Shown here one piece after another: positions 54,691-64,000 of a stretch of 64,000 bases of DNA. Location of the stretch: contig NC_043002.1 of assembly GCF_006345805.1 (NCBI RefSeq), positions 25,916,001 through 25,980,000 of the forward strand, written 5' to 3'. The translations under genes were made by a program, and so were the position numbers. The notes under the pieces were generated by a model that saw only the letters and a list, made by a program, of their open reading frames with translations, searched no databases and was not told where the DNA came from. The stretch is from Octopus sinensis. Its lineage: Eukaryota. Within the stretch, counting starts at the first letter, position 1. Each line of letters begins with the position of its first letter.

Positions 54691-56625
54691 ATGATAATAA
54701 TAATAACAACAACAATAATAATAACAAGAAAAAGAAAAAGAAAAAGAACGTGGAGGAGGTGGAAAAGAAAAAAGTGAGTTAGAATTTAAGGACAAACTGG
54801 AATTTTCTTTTATTGAAGGAAGTTTTGTACAGCAATGATGGCTTATTAATACTTGCTAACTGTAATCTAGAATCAACAGCCAGGATTAGAAATATTCTGC
54901 ATTCTGTTTTATAGACTATAGCAGATACTAATATTACTGTTGTAGTACTAATGTCTGCCATAAAATAGTCGATAATACTACTATAGTTAATTTCCTGGAT
55001 GTTATTCTTAACATTCCAAATGGTTTATACTATCCCTGTTGCAAACCTAATGAATCTTCATTACATAAATATATTATCTAACCAGTACAAAAGCTTTTCG
55101 GTCCGTAATATTTCACTTCAGGTTTTAAGGTTCTTGATAAAGAGTAAATCGAATATTCTGTGTTTTATTTAACTAACATTTTATGTAGAAGTGTTTACCG
55201 GCAAGATATATTTTATGATAGCTGCGAAGAGTACTAGAAATAATAGAAATAGAATAAGACACATCTGTTGGTATAATCCGTGTTAATATTTGAAGTCGCA
55301 AATTGTTTTGCTCAAATATTCGATTTTATTATCAGAAAATCTTCCTTCAACATAAATACTACTGTACCTTTAACAAAATAATACTGAATCTAATCCAAAA
55401 TAACGTGTCTTCGAATATGATCAAATTGAATCTAAGTTGAGATAAGGACAGTAATGTTCAATCAAACTGCCTAGTACTAACAAAGTTTTTATTAGAATAA
55501 TTGCTAATCAATAAAAAACAGCAACAAAAACTGTATTTGGTTAAGATACTTGTTCTTCCAGGAACCCTGAGAAGCAAAATTGTACTCTTCTTCCACTTTC
55601 ATTTTGGAATTTTACATATTTTAAACATGGAGAGAATGTTCTGAAAAACGCTAAACTTCATATTGGAAATAGATATTCTTGTAAGGCGTGTATGCTGGAA
55701 GCGCGTGCAATACTTTTCCTTACTGAAAGTACTGTGCATAATACACAAATTCAAGAGAATCACTTACTGCAATCACAAGATCCTTAAAGCATGCTTACAT
55801 TAGCAACCAGTTAAATATTTTGATTAATTATCGGTCTCCTTTATGTGTATAAGTAGATTCGTTTTTTCCCCTCTGACAAGATTAGCTTCCATAACTAATT
55901 CCATTCTTCTCAAAAACCCACTTCAATTGACTTTCAACACTTTCCTTGGGTAATAATTATTAACTGATTGTGCATTGTGTATCTTTTGTCGTTTTTTATA
56001 TCCTAAGAGAGTTTTTTCGTCCGTCGTAATCAATATTTCGTCTCCTACACTTTATTCTGTATTATCTTTGATATAGAACAAATATGTTTTATCTATAGTA
56101 TTTTACACCGACATTATCTAATTTATATCTGAAACTTCTCTAATTCCTGCATCAATTTCCTCTGGATTATTCAATTATCAAGAAATTTATATTTTCTATT
56201 TCAAATATTTTTTCATTTATTATTTCAACAATTCATTTCAATATCCGATTAATTTATTTTCATTAATTATATCCTGTTGATGTACTTGAGTGATATTTGT
56301 GACTAGACCTATATAGTTAACTTTGATTGTATACTTTCTATTAACCCTTGATTTGCGTTGCTTACTTAGGCTCACGAAAATTAGACTTAGAATCCTAGAC
56401 AGGGCTGCACATTATGTTCTAGAGCAACGCACTTCATGTCAACTTAACCGAAAATGTTCACTGAGATTGTTCCAGTCTACTGAACGGAAAATGACTACCA
56501 GGGTTTATTCTTTTTAAGTCCGGTACTTATCCTATCGGTCGTATTTGCCGAACCGATAAGTTACCTTGATACAAACACACCAGTATCGGTTGTCAAGCGA
56601 TGGTGGGTGGGTGGGAACGAACACA

Positions 56626-56693
<68 letters not shown>

Positions 56694-56699
56694 ACACAT

Positions 56700-56731
<32 letters not shown>

Positions 56732-56733
<2 letters not shown>

Positions 56734-56925
56734 TTATTTTATAGAAGTAGCTTCTACAGGACTAGAACTGTTTCATTCAAATGAAATCATCAGGAAGCAT
56801 GATGATTTCATTTGAATGAAACAGTTCTAGTCCTGTAGAAGCTACTTCTATAAAATAAATTAATTTACTCTGCTATGTATTGAGTACCTTAGTTACTGTG
56901 GTTAACCCCGACTCAACCCGGGACC

Positions 56926-56928
<3 letters not shown>
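56732..56928. mobile_element. Fold-back hairpin element with HHR (copy 2), inserted in (TA)n
   Basis: Perfect 61-bp arms (56732-56792 and 56800-56860), 7-nt loop, same tail as copy 1. Confidence 0.85.
56750..56798 (-). ncRNA. Type I hammerhead ribozyme
   Basis: gcttc-CTGATGA-t-ttc-attt-gaa-t-GAAA-cag-ttctagtc-ctg-TA-gaagc. Confidence 0.7.
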
Positions 56929-56984
<56 letters not shown>

Positions 56985-57179
56985 TATATGGCGGACTTCT
57001 TTCAGTTTCCGTCTACCAAATCCACTCACAAGGCTGAACCCGGAACCATGTGGTTGGGAAGCAAGCTTAATACTACAGAAACACACACTCACTCACTCAC
57101 ACGCACACACACGCATACATACACATATGCATTTCAAAACATACGTACATACATGCATACATATATACGCGCGCATACG

Positions 57180-57239
<60 letters not shown>

Positions 57240-60187
57240 TTATATTCGCGTGTCTCTAGAATTGTTTATAACTCCGAATCGGGTTTTATGGCCATAACTT
57301 ACAAACGATTATTACGAGTATTTCTGATAAATTGTCTTGAATGTTAAAATACGCAAGTGTTTCGTACATATTTATTTTCATAGTATTCTTCGTAATTTTC
57401 TTCATATTTTGAGTTTTCTCTTAAGCTTGTCACAGTGCTCATTAACTTTTATCCTCTTAATATATTTTCTTATTTTCCGTTTTTACATATCTATCAACTT
57501 TAGTTTGTGTCGTTCATATTAACTAAAAAGAGCTTGTTCTATTGTACAGCAAGTTATAGCATATCCCCTAGTTAATCCATGCCATAAACGTTTATTTTTT
57601 CTACAAGAAAATTTGCTTCAAAGTCTAATATCTGTTAGAATGATGTTTATTTTATATGATTTTTGCCATTTAACCCGCCCACATAATGAAACACAGGCAA
57701 TCAACGCAAAGAAAATATAAACAATATGTTAGAAATATAAAAAAAAAGGTTTATAGAGTTAGTTACTCATGCTAAAATCATATATTTCTTCGAACATTTT
57801 TCTTTATAACAGAAATAAATACAATCCCACACAGATTTCACCATACACGCCAGCCTGTAAGTGCCGAATTTCTTCCTGGAACGTTTCTGCTTTTCAAACA
57901 CTGTGGCCCATAGAGTCACACAATCCAATGTCAATAAGCGATACAACTTGGGCATAGCTGCCAACAACTTCGAGTGAGAATTTACGTATCATTTGCATTA
58001 CTTCAGGTGTAGGCAAGAGGAAAACTCTGAGGATTTCGAGAAGAAAATTACTTCTTCGGTGTCACCTGAAATATCCTTAACAGATCCTCTACACACTCCC
58101 TTGAAGTTCAAATCCTCTAATTTACATCCGAGAGTAAATACATATACCGCAACAGCTTGCAGTATCAGTTAGCATGAAAAACTGATTTATTCTAGAACGC
58201 TAAAGACACGTCTTGTTAGCCATTGCCGGAAAGAACATACTAAGGGTGTATTCCTCTCAACGCACCCACCTGACACCAAACTCATTATGTGAAACACCAG
58301 TAACTGTTGTCGCTGCACTGTCAAATCTTTCAGACTACTGTCTACCTGACGCCAATACGCTGCTTTACCACACAGAGTATGTAATCAAACATTATCTCTG
58401 CTTGGCATGTGTCCTGAATTGATCAATACAAGCCCAATATTCTCACCTAAATGTCATTAAAATGTTTAAAATTCTTTTTATGTTGGTTCTGTGTATTTGA
58501 AGATGTGATCTTGTTCCGCGCCTATGATACTGTATGTATGTGTGTGCATCGTATTTATGTCTTTAATTATTTTAGTTGCTGGTTTCAAACTAACAAATAA
58601 ACACAGGTTAATCTTTATGTAGTTATATGTCGCACTTTAGAAAAGTCTCTCTTATCTTCATTGTTTTGCTCACATTTTGAGCTGGCAAAGTAAGTGCGTG
58701 TTCGTCGGTTACTTTCTTGCTTGAAAACGTTTCAAATTTAGTAATTCAACATAATGCACAGATGATTATGTGTACAAATGTAAATTTAAAACTTTGATAA
58801 AGGCCTTCTAGGTGCCCAAAACGCTTGCTTTTGTAAAGACTCTTTCATACTGTTTATGAAAATAGATCTTCATTGCTACATCTTTTAGCTTGCTGATATG
58901 TAAAAGAAGAATTTCGTTTATAACGTTACGTTGACATTTTCCACAAAAAACCTTTCTTATCTGTTAGAAATATCTACGAAATCTGCTTGTGTTCGTTTCA
59001 TACAGTAATGACGTATTACATCTTGAAGGAGACGATACATACGGGCTGAAGAAGGCTGGAATGGGATTTATCAGATGTCAGTGATTCAGTGTTGACATGA
59101 GGATTAAACCACAAGGAAACAAGATAGCAACAGCAGCATTGCAACATTTTTTTAAATGTAGCAGTGGATAAGCTTTTATGTGGGTTTTATTGTGTATGTA
59201 TATGAGTGTTGCAATGTATATTTTTCATTGATTTGTAATTGAAGTTCAGCAATTACAGCGATACAGTCATTTGCAGGGATTTAAGAACTCACAGCTACTG
59301 ATACGTACAATGTTCGGTTTTTTTTTATGTATCAGATTTTCCTTCGCATCTCAGCGACCTAACTCAGTTTCATTGAAGCAGTCAAAAATTAGTTACTAGT
59401 TTGTTCTTTACTGTTTTTGTTGTTTCTTCTGTCTTTTCTCTTTTCTTAATTTTTACCTTTTAAATTCTTCCTTGAAATATCGAAGATGTGGGTCCCTTGT
59501 ATAGCTAAGGCTTGATCTCTTGACATGGGTCTCTGTTACCCAGTTTTAGGTTTAGCTCTGTTTGTTTATAAACTTGTACATTTCATTACTACAATAACAA
59601 CTATTTCTAAAGTTCTTTTTCGTCGGATGTAGATCAGTCACTGACAAAATGACGAGATATATTTTAAATAGTTTTTAAATACATATATAGGAGTTGACTA
59701 AATGTACGCGAACTCAGTAACTGATATACTTGTAATATTAGTACACGTCTATACGTGTGTGTATGTATATGTGATTACTTTTCATGTATACGTTTCTGCA
59801 TATGCCATCAGTACACGTTTTTGTGAATAAGTTCATCCCAAGAATTTCAGACAGAATTTTCGGAATGTTTCACAAATATATACTGTATCAATAACTGATT
59901 GGCATTTTTGCAGCAACAAATGATGATCCTATGGCATGTGGTTCCGGGTTTGACACGCCTGCTTGACACTTTGAACAATTTCTTTCAAGTGTACCCAATC
60001 CTGTACGATTTTTTGTTGGAGTTTATGAGAAACTCAGGGTAATGGTTTCCTCTGATTCCATTTTGTAATGAAAATTATGTGTTTATATATGTACGCATAG
60101 GTGAAATAATTTCATGAGTTTATTTTACGTTTCTCTCTCTCTTTCTCTCTCTCACTATATATATATATTCTTTCTTTTCTTTTCTTT

Positions 60188-60389
60188 ATTCTTTTACTTG
60201 TTTCAGTCATTTGACTGCGGCCATGCTGGAGTACCGCCTTTAATCGAGCAACTCGACCCCGGGACTTATTCTTTTGTAATCCCAGTACTTATTCTATCGG
60301 TCTCTTTTGCCGAACCGCTAGGAACGGGGACATAAACACACCCGCATCGGTTGTCAAGCAACGCTAGGGGGACAAACACAGACACACAA

Positions 60390-60428
<39 letters not shown>

Positions 60429-60593
60429 TACGACGGGCTTCTTTCAGTTTACGTCTACCAAATCCACTCACAAGGCTTTGATCGACCCGAGGCTATAGTA
60501 GAAGATACTTGCCCAAGGTGCCACTTAGTGGGACTGAACCCGGAACCATGTGTTGGTAAACAAGCTACTTGCCACACAGCCACTCCTGTGCCT
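60188..60593 (-). mobile_element. SINE family B, near-complete copy
   Basis: Reverse complement of the 46338-46740 family. Confidence 0.85.
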
Positions 60594-60612
60594 ACATATA
60601 TATATATGTATA

Positions 60613-60704
<92 letters not shown>

Positions 60705-60747
60705 TATATATATGTATATATACATACATGTATTCGTACACTTATAT

Positions 60748-61041
60748 AGCGCAGGGCTTAGTAGTTAGGGTGCTGTACTGACAGTTGCGAGACCGTGAGT
60801 TCGATTCCCAGACCGGGCGTTGCATTGTGTTCTTCAGCAAAGCACTTCACGTTGCTCTGCGATCATTTCGTCATCTAACATGTGGCACACGGTGCACCTG
60901 TACAGGTAATGTCAATTTGACGGAGGGAGTGAGCTTATGTATACACAAATACTTGATTACTATAAACGAATCATTTATGTGGTTGGTCGACAAGAAATTG
61001 TCGAACCTTCATACGTCGTCTAACGACGGGAGAATCCAACA
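60748..61041 (+). mobile_element. tRNA-derived SINE family C (CORE-like segment)
   Basis: A-box-like ggcttagtagttagg, B-box gagttcgattcc, then ttgtgttcttcagcaaagcacttcac resembling the CORE domain. Confidence 0.65.
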
Positions 61042-61062
61042 TGTATATATATTTCTTCTATA

Positions 61063-61409
61063 TTTCTTTTACCTGTTTCAATCATCTGACTGTGGCCATA
61101 CTGGAGCACCGCCTTTAGTTGAAGAAATCGATCCCAGGATTTATTCTTTGTAAGCCTAGTACTTATTCTATCGGTCTGTTTTGCTGAACCCCTATGTTAC
61201 GGGAACGTAAGCACACCAAAATCGGTCGTCAAGCGATGATGTGGGGGGGGGGGGAACAAACACAGACACGCAAACATACACACACACACATATATATATA
61301 CGACGGGCTATAGCAGAAGACACTTGCCCAAGATGCCACGCAGTGGGACTGAACCCGGAACCGTGTGGCTGGGAAGCAAGCTTGTTACCACACAGCCACT
61401 TCTGCACCT
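61063..61409 (-). mobile_element. SINE family B copy with an internal deletion
   Basis: Reverse complement of the family B head and 3' part; most of the core is missing. Confidence 0.8.
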
Positions 61410-61723
61410 ACACACACACACACACATATGATTGTGTTTGTGTGTGTGTGTGTGTACTTGCATGCGTATCTGTGACAAAAATGGAGCTCTCAATATTCTA
61501 ATATATTGCAATATTCTAATATATTTTTAAATTAAAATCCACAAATTTACAGGACGATTGATTGATTGTAAAATCAGTCTCCTCTAAGTAGAATATATAG
61601 CTAAACAATCGTCAGACGTAACTGATGGGAAAGAATTGACGTTTACGTTGCTCCAGTTTACTCAGCTGTAGAAATTAGTTGCGACGTCACTGGTGCCAAG
61701 CTGTATCGGCGTTTGCCTTTTAA

Positions 61724-61940
61724 AGGCGGCGAGCTGGCAGAAACGTTAGCACGCCAGGCGAAATGCTTAGCGGTATTTCGTCTGCCGCTACGTTCTGAGT
61801 TCAAATTCCGCCGAGGTCGACTTCGCCTTTCATCATTTCGAGGCCGATAAATTAATTACCAGTTGCGTACTGACGTCGATCTAATCGACTGGCTCCCTCC
61901 CACCCAAATTTTGGGCCTTGTGCCTAGATTAGAAAAGAAT
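61724..61940 (+). mobile_element. SINE family A, well-preserved copy
   Basis: aggcggcgagctggcagaaacgttag (A box), gagttcaaattcc (B box), 3' end ...cctagattagaaaagaat. Confidence 0.88.
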
Positions 61941-61974
61941 ATGGTTCCTCATAGTATTGTAGTGTAATCAAATA

Positions 61975-62053
<79 letters not shown>

Positions 62054-62325
62054 TATATTATACATACATACATATATATATATATGCATATATGTACACA
62101 TGCATAAGTATATGAGTATGTGAGAGTGTGTGCCTTGTCTCTATGCCTATACATGTGTCGTGTTGCCCCGCATTTTGTAAAGAAGTAGGTGAGCCTATCG
62201 AGGATTAGATGTCGATAAAATAAGCAGCAAACTGAATGAAGTGGGTTCAATATGATATACGAAATAAATCTTTGAAGTCGGTATATTATCTTGGCAGTAA
62301 GCCAATGTACGTAATCACAGTGAAA

Positions 62326-62372
<47 letters not shown>

Positions 62373-62499
62373 TGTACGTGCGTGTATATTATATATATAT
62401 AATATATACACACACATACATGCATACATATATACATTATATTTGTGTGTGGTATTACTACACACACACACATATAATGTATATACATGCATACAAACT

Positions 62500-62561
<62 letters not shown>

Positions 62562-62660
62562 AAATGAATGGATAGACACGGAAAGAGAGAAAAAGTGGGA
62601 AGCAGACGGACAGAGACGGCAGAAAAGAAAGGAGACAGGAGAGCGTGAGAGAGAGAGGGT

Positions 62661-62695
<35 letters not shown>

Positions 62696-62892
62696 GCATG
62701 ATAGACATAGAGACACTTAAGATCGTTCATCTTCACTCAGCCAAGAAATGAGGTATTCATCAAAAAACGTGCCCAATAAGAAATTCATATAATGTAAATT
62801 ACTTAGTTCTATGACAGCGTCTATTTGAAAAGTGGAACGGAAATTGAAGAATCTCGAATATACAAAGCATGTAGATAAATCTATAGTGCATT

Positions 62893-62893
<1 letters not shown>

Positions 62894-62980
<87 letters not shown>
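62894..62980. repeat. (TATC)n tract without a LINE insertion
   Basis: About 21 units, with no LINE sequence on either side. Confidence 0.95.
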
Positions 62981-63155
62981 GAGTGTGTGTGCATAATATA
63001 TGTATATATCTATATAAATACACTTGTACATACACTCAAATACATGTTTGATTACTCTGGATGGAGTAATGACTCAGAGACTGCCATTTGCCTTTATATG
63101 CAGTGTATAAGTATAGGCAAAAAAGAAATAGCTGAATGTAGAAGAGGAAATCGAG

Positions 63156-63211
<56 letters not shown>

Positions 63212-63256
63212 TAATAATAATAATTATTATTATTATTATTAATAATATTATAATTA

Positions 63257-63466
63257 AGGCGGCGAGTTGGTAGAATCGTTAGCACGCTGGATAAGTGCTT
63301 AGCGATATTTCGCCCATCACTGCGTTCTGTGCTTGAATTACGCCGAAGTCGACTTTACCTTTTATCCTTTCGTGGTCGATAAATTAAGTACCAGTTGAGT
63401 ACTGGGGTCGCTGTAATCGACTATCCCCTCCACCAAGCTTCAGGTCTTGTGCCTATAATAGCATGG

Positions 63467-63468
<2 letters not shown>
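63257..63468 (+). mobile_element. SINE family A copy between (TAA)n and (TTA)n tracts
   Basis: aggcggcgagttggtagaatcgttag...gtcgactttacctttt...ttgtgcctataatag. Confidence 0.8.
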
Positions 63469-63527
<59 letters not shown>

Positions 63528-63635
63528 CAATAATATTAATATGCTAACTTTTTTTTGTTTGTTCGTACCTGTTGTGTGCGTCACACTCACTTCAAAGAAG
63601 TGACAAAGCGAGAGAGAAGAGGCCAGAGAGGAAGT

Positions 63636-63671
<36 letters not shown>

Positions 63672-63766
63672 TGAGAGAGTAGTAGAGAAAAAGACAGAGA
63701 GAGAATGATAGAGACAGTGAATGGTGAAAGCGTTCGTTTTGTGTTTTTAAATGTTTCAGAGAGGAC

Positions 63767-63842
<76 letters not shown>

Positions 63843-64000
63843 TGAGAGAGAAAAAGAAAGAGAGTGAAAGAGACTGTGAATGGTGACGGCGTTCGTTTTG
63901 TGTTTTTAAATGTTTAGCACATCGCAAGAGAAGTAGATACATAGATTCATATACACACTGTTAAATCAAAAGTGGGAGAGAAGAGGGACACGAAGAAAGA

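Larger units (their letters stand above)
56480..57080 (-). mobile_element. SINE family B copy, interrupted in its internal microsatellite by the hairpin element
   Basis: 3' part at ~56480-56620 and core/head at ~56985-57080, either side of 56732-56928. Confidence 0.7.

Noticed and set aside
59046-59080. ctgaagaaggctgga...tttatcag, resembling the SINE ribozyme at 51.2 kb
   Set aside because: GAAA and stem III are missing; at best a decayed remnant.
63700-63915. ~160-bp tandem duplication around (GA)n
   Set aside because: Ordinary microsatellite-associated local duplication with no further structure.

Overview
Eukaryotic, AT-rich, repeat-saturated DNA with no host protein-coding gene that I can support. 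The SINE families and dense (TA)n/(CA)n/(AAT)n/(TATC)n tracts resemble an octopod cephalopod genome (inference from recalled repeat families). About 17.5 kb (~27%) is L1/Tx1-clade LINE. This includes a head-to-tail array of six copies (21.5-36.1 kb), each embedded in (TATC)n, one of them full length (ORF1 with a CCHC knuckle; ORF2 with APE, RT and a Zn finger). Also present: Penelope-like (PLE) remnants, a decayed mariner, a non-autonomous Helitron, an R4/Dong 3' fragment and many tRNA-derived SINEs. The least expected signal is non-coding: several hammerhead ribozyme (HHR) motifs in repeats. They include a candidate non-circularly permuted HHR (47335-47410), a tRNA-headed SINE carrying an HHR (51068-51475) and two fold-back hairpin elements with type I HHRs (42.9 kb, 56.8 kb). 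The ~1 kb duplication around the 100-N gap is probably an assembly overlap, and many frameshifts may be sequencing indels. All alignments and folds were done by eye.
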